Shown here: positions 38,104-51,100 of the stretch, piece after piece
Numbering within the stretch: position 1 is the stretch's first letter
Layout: the number at the start of each line of letters is the position of its first letter
Assembly: GCA_030704615.1 (NCBI GenBank)
Contig: CM060731.1
Span: 75,826,001 to 75,890,000, forward strand
Length of the DNA: 64,000 bases
Reading direction: 5' to 3'
Origin: Takakia lepidozioides
Taxonomy: Eukaryota; Plantae; Bryophyta
Made by a program: the position numbers and the translations under genes
The notes under the pieces: generated by a model
Database searches by the model: none
The model's input: the letters and a program-made list of their open reading frames with translations, nothing else
What the model was told of the DNA's origin: nothing

Positions 38104-39269
38104 TTCATCGGGGTGCATTACACCCCATCAGCTCCCTCGAGTGCATTCCGAAATGCAGAATGCACCGGCCGTTAGAATTTTTTTTAAAATTTTTGGCATT
38201 TCTTTACGCAGGGAATGCCCTCCACTCCTTGCATTACCCTACACCTAAACTCACGACGAAACTCCCTGGACGTGCATTGGACATGTGCTCTAATTTTAGA
38301 TTGGACCCGCGTTGAATACGCCCAAAAGTGTGCATCCTAGTTGGACAGGAAGTGGGTCCAGTCAAATTTATGGAGAGCTCTATAGCTTCCGGCGCAAACA
38401 TTTAAATTTTCTTTTTGTCAAAAGAGAGAGAGAATACTCCCTCCGAAGTCGGCCTAACGAAGAGCCACTTCACCTTGCGGCTCTTGGCCCCTTTGGGTGG
38501 GCCCTATATTTGTCAAAACAAAGAGTGTTCAAGGGCTGATCTGATCAGCTTCTTTCAAGATGAAGCCAACAACCCCAAAGGAGTGAGGTAAGGTGTGGGG
38601 GAGGTTTCAGAGGGTTCAACGCAACCAACCACAACACCCATGAAGAGGGTCTCCCACTTTCCAGTCCAGAAGACTCAAGTGGCAGACCAGAAGTGGCAGA
38701 CCAGAAGACCAAAGCAGGCAAACTAGATACACTTGTATTAGATACCTAGCTGGCATTGAAAAAAAAAAAAAAGGTCCTGAATTCAACATCTAGGGTTCCC
38801 TCGTAAGTGGGCCCTGCCCCACTTACAGTTTGGTTCAGTTTGAATAAATGGTGCAGCGGGCAGCCCACGTACTTGAATGCACTCCGAATACTCCCCACCA
38901 GACGTCTCTAGTATATTTTGTCGCCAAAAGCCCTACCAGAAGTGGATCAGAAGGCACTTTCTAGATCAGCACGGATCTTCATAGACAGGGTGGCCTTGTT
39001 ACCGCAAATAGTGCTGCAAATCCACAGCCAGTGCCTTGCGTGTGACTTCGTCTTCTTCTCGGCTACAGCACAAACACACTAAAATCCAGGACGACATAGT
39101 ATGACAACACTCGGATAGCAGCCAGCTTCAATTGGCTCGATATTTGGATGTTTTAGCACCACTCTGACATCAACCCACAGGGGAATCTGGCCTTGGACTG
39201 AACCCTGCATGCTCAAGCCCTTTCTTCAGCCCACCTCCTTTATCTTCACGATGGCAGGAAGAACAAGCG

Positions 39270-40541
39270 TTATCGGAAGATCTGCATAGGGGGAATATCA
39301 ATGCCAGCTTCGTTCAGAAAAGGGATTGACGCCATTCGTTTGTTCACCAGGTCATCATACAGTTTATATTCAGCTTCATAATCATGAAGGCCGAGCTCTT
39401 TTCCTTGTGAGGTGTGGTAATGATGTTTTGTCTTGTCAAGTTTTCCGAATCCAAAAAGACTCACTTGATCGCAAATTCCCAATGCAAGCATTACGGCTTG
39501 CATGCCGGACGAGTAATGGAAGTTTAATCCATCATGGGCAGCGTCCCATTCACTGATCGATCTCCCGTTTTCCTCCACAAAACGCTTGGCAGAGTACCAC
39601 TTTGCAAGTCTTGCAGTCAGGCTATCAAACCTCGGATCTGTGACCAGCAAGGGAGCTTTGTGCTTATCCCTGCACATAGCCACATCCATGAAATGCACCG
39701 CCTGACAGATGTACATGACCATGGGGACATTTTCACCGTAGGGATGGCAGAAGCAAGTTGGCCTCCTCGAGCACTTATGAAGAACGTTGCTATTCACAAA
39801 AGCGAGGGTGGTCTTCGACCCCACCCAGCGTTCAAAGCTCGCGGTCCTAGCATTATTCAGCCGCATCACCATCTCGTGGGAGTCGATGATGCTACCATAG
39901 TCACTATTTAAGAGAATACCGCTGTTCCCTACCACAGCACACGTCTTATATTTTTGATGACTAACCGACTTGTATTGTTTGTCAATGGGCGTCTTCACTG
40001 CCGAAACCAAGCCTTGCATCACCTTGGGGTCAAACCGCTTCCCAAGAACCCACGAATTCAAAAGCTGACGGAATTTTGGCCAATATGGAAGGTATATAGA
40101 TTTTGACAATCCAGGTAGAACTCTTTTTCTTCTAGTTAGGGCTGCTGGATTTGTCTGCTGACGGTCATCTGGATCCTGGTAGTCGCTTCTCCTGGCTTTG
40201 CGGATGCCTTGAAATTTGTGTCCTGCATCTAGACTTAAATCCAAAAGCTCTTGTATCTGGTTCAGCTCTTGTTCTTGGTTGGGTTCAATCGCTGAGAACG
40301 TGAGGAGTGTCTCATTCACAGGACCGTCAAAATCGATTTTACCCTTAGGAACTCCACGCATCATCCTGTCCCGTGGCCAATCAATTGAGTAACTGGACTG
40401 CCACGACATCTTCGGCGATGACAAAAGTGTAAACGCTGTGAGCACTACCAGAGTAGTCATCAGAAACACCCTCAATCGTAGTGAATATACAAAGATAAAA
40501 ACTTCTGGAGGCAACTCATTTGGTCTTCTTCCCGTCCCCAT
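39270..40541 (-). CDS. GT29 sialyltransferase-like glycosyltransferase, GALT29A-like (beta-1,6-galactosyltransferase homolog), intronless, 423 aa
   Basis: N-terminal TM helix; sialylmotif L TCAVVGNSGILL..IDSHEMVMRLNNA; motif S HYSSGMQAVMLALGICDQVSLFGFGK; HHY; VS HDYEAE. Confidence 0.92.
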   Translation of the reverse strand: MGTGRRPNELPPEVFIFVYSLRLRVFLMTTLVVLTAFTLLSSPKMSWQSSYSIDWPRDRMMRGVPKGKIDFDGPVNETLLTFSAIEPNQEQELNQIQELLDLSLDAGHKFQGIRKARRSDYQDPDDRQQTNPAALTRRKRVLPGLSKSIYLPYWPKFRQLLNSWVLGKRFDPKVMQGLVSAVKTPIDKQYKSVSHQKYKTCAVVGNSGILLNSDYGSIIDSHEMVMRLNNARTASFERWVGSKTTLAFVNSNVLHKCSRRPTCFCHPYGENVPMVMYICQAVHFMDVAMCRDKHKAPLLVTDPRFDSLTARLAKWYSAKRFVEENGRSISEWDAAHDGLNFHYSSGMQAVMLALGICDQVSLFGFGKLDKTKHHYHTSQGKELGLHDYEAEYKLYDDLVNKRMASIPFLNEAGIDIPPMQIFR

Positions 40542-40966
40542 AACAAAGTCTCCCTCACTAGTCTCGCTCCTGTCTCACGTCGCCAGCGTCCCTGAAGCTG
40601 CAGGCCGAGTAAATCCAGCTAGACACCGAGAACTAGATCTCCTTGCGCCTCTGAAGTTTCAGAAAAGACGATCGCACAGCTTTAAGAGCCTATTCACAAA
40701 TTGACCGATTAAATGCGCCATATCTGGCTTCGATGTAGCATTGCACAGCATTGCACATGTCCTCCACAGCATGCAGTTTCCCAGACTAACCTCCTTTGTC
40801 TGGTGTGTAATGCCGCTGTCTAATTTTCCTGGCCGGCGGACTCTCCCTGGTCAGATGCACGGACAATGGGACAGGTGAGAGTCTCAATTCAACATTCTCA
40901 AAACTAATTCCCGCCTCAAATTCACACCACGCAAAAGTGAGGAGACTAGAGTACAGATATGGAAAA

Positions 40967-41195
40967 ACCAAGAGACTACGAGATATCGTAGAGCTAACTT
41001 GCTAAGGGAGGAAAAAATAAGAGACGTGAAAAAAGAGTGTAGATTGATGGCAATGTTTGTGCAAAGTTTGCTTTGAGCAGAAATCCAAGAGACTATGAGA
41101 TATCGTAGAGCTAATCTAAGGGAGGGAAAAGAAAGAGAAGTAGAAAAAGAGTGTAGATTGACGGCAATGTTTGTGCAAAATTTGCTTTGAGCAGA
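40967..41195. repeat. ~117-bp tandem duplication upstream of the GT29 CDS
   Basis: CCAAGAGACTA(C/T)GAGATATCGTAGAGCTAA...TTTGCTTTGAGCAGAA occurs twice. Confidence 0.85.
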
Positions 41196-41985
41196 AGTGC
41201 TTGCTACAACTGCAGCTGCATAATTTTTAGCGCAGAATGAGAATGGATGCACCTAAACCAAAAGTAGGCAGCAGAATCCCGGAGAGAAAGGGCCTAGCTC
41301 GACAGACACGTCCGCACACGGGATCCCTCCTCCCATCTGTTAAAAGATTATTCAGAAAGGAACTTCTGCTCTCGCGCGGCCACAGGTGATTATTATGCCC
41401 AGACCTGCCCCCTTCCTACCTCGTCCTCCTCCTCTCATACACTCCCTGTGCGGATATCCTCAAGCTTGCCCATTCTCCTCCTTCCTACTCGTCCCGTTTG
41501 CCGGGCCATATCGGTCGACATTTCAAATTATTCCTCCCAGATCTGTCTGTCCGCACTACAATAGCAAGAATCACCTTGCCCGGCCTCTCTGCCGTCTATG
41601 TCTGCACCAGCATGACCAAACATTCCAAAACTTGGTCCGCCACCTCCCTCTCTCACGCTTTCTACCTACTACGCTCTAAAGCGACTATACAGGTGCATTC
41701 TTACTTTCCTTCTCTTCACCCTATCTTTACACGAGCACAAAACATTCCGACAATAACGGCATCCAGATTTCTGTCCTGACATCCTACGTCTCCCTCCCTC
41801 GAAACTTTCTGCGCGTTTCTCATTTTGTCTCATTGATGGCCCGTCCCTAGCCCCCCTGGGGACGGCCTTGACTGGGCCGGCCCTCTCCCTCTCCTTTACT
41901 CTCTCTCTCTCTCTCTCTCTCCATTCGCTCCCCACCTCCAACACGCTACGTAACTATTGCTTCATCCCTGGGCCCCATCCCTCCC

Positions 41986-42080
41986 CTTAACCCGCCTCTA
42001 ACCCTTCGTTAGTGGTACTTAACCCGCCTCTAATTCTTCGTTAGCGGCGCTTAACCCGCCTCTAATCCTTCGTTAGCCAC
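41986..42080. repeat. 3 x 32-bp tandem repeat in the putative GT29 promoter
   Basis: CTTAACCCGCCTCTAAxxCTTCGTTAG at 41986, 42018 and 42050. Confidence 0.85.
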
Positions 42081-42661
42081 CCGTAAGCCTAAATCCACGC
42101 AGACGCGACAATCGGCGGCCATGTGGCGATGCGCCACACGCGGATTGCTGGCTGTGCCACCTGTCTCGCACCCAATTTCCTTTTACTATTTTAAAAAGTA
42201 TTACTTTATTTAAACTCTGGTCACTGGTGCGACTGTATTATATTCTTATTGGTTGTGTACTAGTATTTGACTATTGACCCGACCTCATCCCTATACATCC
42301 CGACAATCATTGTCAATTAACTGCTTTCAAATTATATATATATATATATATTTGGGTTTTTTTCAATTAATATTGATATCTGGTTAAGAAAAAACAAAAA
42401 AAAGACTATGGACTTGAGTCTTGGTATCGCGGCTAGTCATCCATAACCGAGGTTTGGAGACATTTTGCTTACGTGGCAGCTTTTAATTTGTCCTGGACAG
42501 GCCGGTCACCCGCCGTCACCATAGCCAATAGGTCCAGAAACCTCGGTTATGTCCGGTAGGGGGGAGGCTTGACCGACTACCGGGTGTAGCGGACACAAGG
42601 AGTCCTTGGACGCTACCGCTACAACCCGTAGCTGGTCTCGCCTCCCCAGCTACCTAAGTAT

Positions 42662-42749
42662 AAAGTTCCTGCCCGAGGACTTTCCGCCGTTTAAGGGTGG
42701 GCCCGAGGGCATACCCGCAAACGGCGGAAAGTCCACGGGCAGGAACTTT
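42662..42749. other. 88-nt near-perfect hairpin
   Basis: Arms 42662-42692 and 42719-42749 pair at 30/31; the inner GGGT/ACCC and GCC/GGC also pair. Confidence 0.85.
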
Positions 42750-45124
42750 CCGCCGCGTAAAAATTTGCTCACCTTGGTTCCACCCTCTGACTAGCTGGCT
42801 TCACATCAACCCTAGATGATATGTCATCCAAGGGACAAGATTTCATCTCCCTCTGGCAACGAGGTTCCAGAAATGGAACCACCCGTTCCATGCTCCCGCC
42901 CCCAATGGCATCACTGGTTCCATGCCACTTGTGCATCCTGGGGAGTTCTGCTTCAAAATGCCCTAAAAAGTACAAAGGAAAATCTATAGCAGGTTTTTAT
43001 GTTAGTCGCACTCATTGCACTGGTTAGGGGCGGGATGGGCATGGATGAGAATTGATGTAAACAGATGCTGCTCCTCACGGATGAGAAAACGTGTTCATCC
43101 AAAACAAAGCTCGGGTTAGTAGGAGTAAGCACGTAAGGACGTAAGGACTTGGATTAGTTTCAAAATAAAAATATTACTAAAAACAAAAACTTAAGTTAAT
43201 GCCTCATAAAGTAGAGTGTCATTTAAGACAGTCATCCGTTCACTCATTCATCCATCCAAACTTCATTCACCTACGAGTGAGAGAAAACGGACGGGAAGTG
43301 GTTGGATGACGTACGCGAGGAAGCCGGCGCGTGGAGAGGTGCTCACTGCTCTCACGCCTCACGCCCGTTCTGACGGCAGAGCTCCGGCAAATAGTTTTGC
43401 TGATTTATTTATATTTTCAATTCATATTCCCTGCCATATTCCAGCAATCAGATCGTTATTTGATTTGATTTATTGTCATTTCGTATTTAATTAAATTCCC
43501 GGCCAATAATGAAGATAAAGCCAGCCAGCCCGGGAAGGAAAGGAGATGCTTCTCGCAAGGCGCTTCTTTGAAAGGGGGCGATGGAGCGAGCGAGGGGGGG
43601 AGGGGCGGTGTTGGTGGGGTTATGACAGCGCCTGAGCCCGCACATGGGACGCCATTACTTTTTGGAAGCGAGCTGTGATCATTACGAGCGAGCTGGGACA
43701 CGCTGTGGGAGTGCTGGACAGCTCACAGATTGAGGGCGGCATTGGCATGGTACTTATGGATTGCTTGTGAGTTGGGGTTGGAGTGATGTAAGTAAGGATG
43801 CTTTAGGGTTACGAATTGAGTCTCCCATCTCTGTCTCCATCGGTTTTTGTGACTTGGGGGATCCGTTTTGTTGTGAATATCCTGCGGATGGTTGCTCATA
43901 GCGGCATGAGTCCCTCGAAAGTATGTAGGATATGGAGTGTAGAACGTCACACTGACCTAGCCTTCAGTCGGATCGTCAAGGCCTGGACTTCATCGGCATT
44001 TACCAAACCCTCCTGTGCAGTTTCAACTTTGGCTAATGATTGTGTCTCGATGCAAATGCTGTTAACACAAGGGGTATACTTGCATCCCAGACTTGCACAA
44101 GAGCAGCGGTCAGAAGTACACAGTTAAACTCCTTCAAGGAAGCCCCTGGTGTGTGGGGAGTGAGAGCTTTTAGCAGATGACAGACTACAAACTTACACTG
44201 ACAGCACTCCACTATCCAAAAGAGACTGTCCTGTGGTGCAAACTAGGCCATCGGACTGGACATTGACTCGCCCCATGCGCAACACATGGTTAGACTGTCA
44301 GCGAGGATCACAAGGGGTAACTAGATCCGTTTGAGTAGCTCGCAAAGATATATTTGGTGGAGTTGTAGCAGTATTCATCAAAAGATTTCACCTTTGAAAG
44401 AGACGGAATTGAACCATGCCAGGCCAAATTAATAGGAGCCTGCTTCCTCCAGGCAGGTGCTGACCCTTTCAGGGTGGACTTAACAGATCAAGGGACTTGC
44501 AGCAACATGACATTGGTAACGATAGTACCTCAATCTTAGCCATGGTTACATGACCACACATTTTGGACTATTATCACCCTCAGGCACCTGCTGAAGAAGG
44601 TTTGCTGCCAATATCCTCAAAGAGAACACTACCCAGGACAGCGTTTGGCCATTGACAGAGCCCAGATCAAGTGGTTGTCCATTTCCCACTTCTGTTAAAG
44701 AGAGGTCCCTTTTGAATTGTCACCCAAACACAGGGGGATGATTCTATATGAGACTGCTCAGCTACACCAATAATGTTCACTGTCCTCTTGTGCGGAGGCC
44801 AGGTAGGCATCCCTCACTGGAGTTGGTTGCCTGCTGCATCTTTCAGGGTGGGCAGGCGACATATGACCAGCCCTGAATTGTGACATCAATTCAGGCCCAG
44901 AATGAGAAATTCCCTCATCTGGCTTACTATTTTATGTACACAACATGAAATTCTAGCCTTTCAAAACAAAACTTTTGAAGTCCTTCGAAATGAAGAAAAC
45001 AATCCCTGGGACAACATTTTGAATGGGTGGTTGGCACCCTCTGCAGGTCCACAGTGGTGAGAGAGTATTGTGGGTCCTCTCACATGCCTGTAAACCACCT
45101 TCTGCATCAAACCTGTTCCTTCTT

Positions 45125-48100
45125 TCAGAGTGTGTATGCTTGTTGAATTGCGTTCTCATCTAGGCCTTTTATTTTAGCCCAGGCATCCACATGCCCCTTC
45201 AGAGTGTGAATCTCTCGCAACCTGCCCATCCCATGCACCATCCACATCACTTCAATTCTCACATGGTAGCTTTCTAGAGGGAGCAGTACGAAGACTGCGG
45301 GAAAGGGATCTCATGGAAAGAAAACACCCGAAATGAAACTCACAAAGATGAGCAAACTTGCTAAGGCTGATTGTCCCTACATGAAGAAAGAAGTCAGAGA
45401 CACCATGTAACGAAAGTCTTCACAGAAGTAGTATGTCTATAACTATATTCGATCAGCCACTAACCAGCTTACAGAAAAGAGTAGTGCTTTGGAGAAGACC
45501 ATCCTCTGCACATACTTTGTACAAATCAGTGTGTGAAGCAAATATTAACATGAAACTTGATCAAGCCTTTCATATACCTTCAAGCTTACCTTACCTCCAA
45601 AAGTGCGGTATCTAAAGTACTGTACTACTCATCCAGCATTTCGGTTGGTTTAACACCGATAGAAGTGAGAAAGTACCTGGCCATCTCAGCTCGCCGCCTG
45701 GCTTGGTCAGCAAGTTCACGCCCATGTGATGTACTTACAGTGATGGCGCTGCTCGGCATTCCTGCAGATATCCAAATGTGGTATGCTCATTTCACGACGC
45801 ATTGGGACCTGATATGCAAGATGAGCAGTGACACCTACCTCCCCCTACCTCCCACCCTCTACTTTGCATGGTTGGACCGCTCATGACCTTATCTACTCTG
45901 TGGGGTTAAGTGAATCTGTTCCACTGGCAATGGCAGCTGTTAGCAACAAGTCATGTGAAATGAAATGACCTTATTATGCTCGACCCAGTGTCTGTTGTGG
46001 AAGCTGGTCTATCTTAAACATTTAAAAGGTGGAAATGTGCATTGGGAATTCTGGTTGACCTGAAGACGACGCATCAGGACTAGCCTGACCAGTTCGTGCA
46101 CTTATAGCAGCCCACTGAGCCTGCCGAGCTTGAAGACCATAATTCCGTTGGCGAGTAAAGAAAACCTTCTTCTCTGTCAACAAGATCCAGGCTTTTCCGC
46201 TCACACTGTACCTACCGCGCGGTCAGTTTGATAAGGTCCAATGGAAAATACGAAATTAAACTGTCACCTCACGCAGAATGTAGAGAGTTAGGAAAGAGTG
46301 AGAATGCTGAAGGTGGAGAGAGCAAGGAAACAATAACCAGTTAAAGAACATCTTCCATGCTGTGAAATAGCCCAGTAGTCCTTCAATATCTCAAAAGGGA
46401 TGTCAGCGGAAGAGATTGAGGCCAGAGCTTGGCCTTTGATTGAATCGTGCAAGGACTATCTACAGGGCCTAACCTCCATGTAAGACTATATTTCCAACCT
46501 CTGTAATGTCAATCCAGTGGGGAAGACAATGTGTTCAGGAACTTTCAAGGAAGATCTGTTGCTCATCATCATCCCCACAAATCGAATATGGGGGTTTTGT
46601 TAGCTTTTTTTGTTCACTCAAGAAGCTTAATGCAACTGAAAGCTGTGGCCGTCCTTGGGTTGCATTTCTGATGGGAAAATTACACGCATCAAATGGATGG
46701 TATGAAGGAGCTTTTTTGTGAAGGGTCCAATGAACGTCAATTTTGAACCTACGGTGCATTCTTTGAGCAAACCTTCCATGATGGTATGGGGAGCCAGTCT
46801 GCTTCCTCTCTCCTTACCCTCCTTTTGTGCTCCATCTGAAAAACTCTAAGAGTATGTTTCAAAAAGTTACCTGTGGTTCTAGAACATAAGATAAGGTATA
46901 GAAGTTGAGCTCTTACTCGTACAACCAAATGATGCCGGCCCACCGCCAGCCACATCCTTTTATCTTTGCAAATCCCCAACATGCATAAACTGCAATCAAT
47001 GTGGCAACCAATTGAGCCAAGATGAAGGCTGCAATCAGCCATAGCCCAGGCCTCTCCCTGAATGACCAGCTCCGTGACCGTGTCACAAAGATGAGAGCTT
47101 GGCTCACAATACTCACTTGGAGATAGATCACCGCTGTCTCTTGGTAAGCATCATGAGAAATTTGTCTCACCTGCAACGCCATCCGTAGGAGCGCGGTGCA
47201 GTATTTAACTGGTAGGTCAATGACAGGAGAGTGGATTCCATCATCCCCTCCCTGTGCCATCCATTTCCTTCCTCGGTTAGACTCCCGGGACCAGCTCCAG
47301 AGGGTTTGCTATCTCACACGTTTTGGCCAACATTGGCAGAGAATGGCCTCCGGAGTACTTCTCGTCTCTCTTTCCCTGCCCTGGCATTTGGATGTTGGAG
47401 TCTACAGCAAAACCCAGATACCACAGAAATATACTGAGAGATCTAACAATGAAAGAGAGCCATATGTTCAGCGTAATTGCATCTTCAACAGTCCCATCCA
47501 CTGTAGAATCTGCTACACTGTCCGGTCCTTGAGGTGTTACATTTCAGTAGGGAATGCGACTTTGTTTTGGTTTCAGTCCACGCCACCCTCTAAGGGCGAA
47601 GGCCAATTCTTCCTTCACTCGCCACTTCTCCCATTCCTGCATCGCTCGCAGCATGCTCAAAATAAAAAAAAAGCCAAAAACCTCATTAACAATGTTATAT
47701 CGTAGAGACAACACAAATCCGACAAATAAGAAGGTTGAAAGTAGGAAAAATCACAACAAACGAGGAGTTTAAACAGAACCACGGCACGCCAAAGACCGAA
47801 CCGGACAAGGCAAACACAAAAGGAGAAAGGACTCAGCGGATGCACAACACACAACTAGCATCCTCCACGGACAACAAAGTGAAAAAAGGAGAAAGAATCT
47901 CCAGAAGGGGAAAGAAAAAAGAGTCGTCTCCACTTTGGGTGGTACACTATGCATAAGTTTTGGTTTTGATTTTAAGAGTGCTTCCTCCCTTCCTCTTAAA
48001 AACCAAGAGGAACAAAAGGAAGAGTTCACCTTAAATTTTCTCTCAAGAAAAGGGTGTCTGGGCAATAACAAAAAAACAAGAAAGGGTAGAACCTAGGAAA

Positions 48101-51100
48101 ATCCCCTGAATGAATAGCTCCTTCAGCTTCCAGGAGTCAGGGTGAGAAGATGGAACCACAATGTCCTGTACCATGTCAAAGTTAGTCCAACTGGATGAAA
48201 AGTCTGTCACAACCAAGTGGCACCACATCAACACGGGTCAGTGTTTGGCAAACTCTCAGTATCCTTAAGTTATGCCTCTGATCTACAAAATGTCTTGTAT
48301 TCCCTGCCTCCATTGCGTCGGGATTGCGAAACCACTTCAACTCACCCTCCAATTTAGGAAGGGGTCAAACATAGAACCTGCGCCTTTCTCTCTCTCTCAC
48401 TCTCTCTATGATAAGCTGGTGGGTCAAAACCCCACAACCAGCTTTGGAATGGTTAGGATCCTGCGAGTACACTTCAAATCTTGGACATCACCGGCCACAG
48501 GCTATGGAAAACCAGTAAATTTCTCCCTCTCTTGGGCCTCCGCTTCATGAAGAAAAAAAACTTCCAGTGGGCCAAGATTTTGACAAAAACTAATTTAATA
48601 GTATCAACTCTCAGTCAGAAGTGAGGTAACAGTCCACACACCTTGGAGATGGTCATGATGGTGCCATCATTGAGGATGGCAATTACAAGAACCATAAAAG
48701 GTGAGAAGTCAAACTTCCAGATCAATGATAGGAGCACAAATCCCACGACAATGCGTATAGTGATCGACACGGCATAGATAGTATAGTTCTTCATGCGCTG
48801 AAATATGCAGCGACTTGTGAGAATTGCAGTTATGATCACACCCAACCCTGTCATTCATGACCGTATAGGCAACTCTCTACTTAGTCAGATAGAGGGGCAA
48901 GAATAAATTTCCATTTGATTTCTAGGTAGAGAATGTACATCACAAATGGGTGGTCTCACTCACACTTAGAATACTGGAGGGCTGTGACATATGTACGTAC
49001 GGTATTCAAAGATTGACACCATCATCAGAAAGCAACATCCACAACTATGCACCACTCTCCAATTATTAGTTATTTTGGATGACAAAGATGCTGTTAGGGG
49101 GTGCGAACAGTCACCCTGTCCTCTCGAATTAGATGGATGGAGACCAGGCCCTTACCTGATATATGTCAAGTATGTATTTGAGACCTCAGCTGCTGTGAGA
49201 GGTCTTTACAGTCTTTAGGTGGAAGGTTTGAAACCTGGAGGCTCTTTCCTGGTTGACTAGCATGAGAAGGTAGATATTGGAGTGGTGACTAAACTAAACA
49301 CCCATTTCGTTTGACTTGCAACAAGTACTGAAATCAAAGGGTGCTCACCTGGCTGGGTTAGTACAATATCAGCTGCATTGCGAGCAGCATCTGTGGCATC
49401 AGCCACTGCAATACCAATATCAGCCTTCTTCAAGGCTGGCGCATCATTCACACCATCCCCGGTCATTCCACAAATGTGATTTCTTGCTTGCAACATCTTT
49501 ACTATATTGTATTTGTGCTCTGGGAACACACCTGCAAATTTTATGAAGTACTCTGGTTCTTTCTCCATAAGTTCAAGGCCTCCTTCAACTCCATTGCTAT
49601 AGACTACAATTTAAGGTCTTTTAAATGATGTACAATTTGGGTATATACAGGAGGGTCTGCTCAGGGAAAGGTTCAGTTGAAGGAGAGAGCATGTTAGGGA
49701 GGAGATGCATGTCAGTGAGGAGATGAGCTATTTGTTATCTTGAGGTGGTGCAAGCGCAACATGACGTGTCTAACTAAAACCTTGCATGCAAAATATTAAT
49801 TGTGTGAATGTGTAAGATCAAGGGTAAGCATGATGCCTGCAAACCCATCAGCTTGCTCAATCAATTCGCCCTCGTCCAGTCCCACCATTGACTCGTCTGC
49901 AGGTTCTCTCCCTTTGCCAAACAAAGCTGATGAAGGATACATGTTTGTGCCCATCCCCAACCGTCGCCCCGTCTCTTTTGCAATTGCCAACTGATCTCCT
50001 GTTATCATTTTGACATTGACACCAAGTTCCAAGGCTCGACGCACAGTGTCACCAGTGTCATGGCGAGGTGGGTCAAACAGAGGGACCACACCAAGCATCT
50101 CCCATGGCCCTCCCTCGCTCTCTTTTGTGCCTTCAGGTACTTCCTATTTAGTGCCAAAAACCGCATCAAATCCAACAGGTCAGTTAGGCATTGTCATTGA
50201 AAGTTGGCAATTTAGTTTGCATACACAGTGATCTAAGCACAAGTGAGTCATTATAGTTGAGATTACTCATTTCCAAATTTATGTTCGTCCTTGAGGTACT
50301 TCCCTGTGGCTCAGGCCCAGAGATTAAGAGACAAAATGACTTAGTTTTGTAGCATTTGTAGCATGGTACAGGACCACAGTGTGGATGTTGAGTGGTACCT
50401 GGTAACCAACTCCTAGGCTCCGCAGACCCCTGCCCGCAAATCGGTTGATAATCTCATGTACTCTTGCCTGAATTTGATCCTTGTTGTGAGCAAGCTCTAA
50501 AATTTGTTCTGGGGCTCCTTTGGTTGCTCGATGCATTTTGCCATCGGCCGTCTTGTAGGTCATTGCTGTACGCTTGTCAGTGGGATTGAAAGGCAGGAAA
50601 TGGACTTCCTCAATGCCATCGCGTGCCTCTTTTGGATCCCCCAGCATGTTGCAGATTGCAAGGTCAATGGCGTCCTTTTTTTCATTGAGCAAACCAACCA
50701 AACAGTTAGTAATCAGGGGAGGATGATATCTACTCCTAAGCACAATCTGGATCTAGGGTAACAATGCATAGAATTATTATCAGCCCTTGATACTAGTGAC
50801 ATGAGAGGAGTAGGGATTTGCTGCGTTATCTGAGTCACTCAATTCGGGACAGCAAGTTTGACAGCAAGTATGGGAATGCAATTAGAGATTTTTTCATTTA
50901 TTTACACCTCAAACAGTTTTGACCTGATTCTCAACACGGGATGCGCGTGCTGCAGTAACCAATATAAGTGCTTTGTCCGCACTTTTGGAGGTGACCTCAA
51001 TGATGTTTTTGTCAACTGTGAGACGATTCAATGTCAGGGTTCCCGTTTTATCAGAGCAGAGGATATCCATGCCAGCCATCTCCTCAATTGCAGTCATTCG

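Noticed and set aside
18533-38110. AATTCATC at 18533-18540 and just after the LINE tail as a possible TSD
   Set aside because: Only 8 AT-rich bases, and the LINE 5' end is not defined; could be chance.
43200-44950. CpG-rich stretch and short ORFs that might be a gene start or TE relic
   Set aside because: No consistent exon chain or protein motif could be supported.
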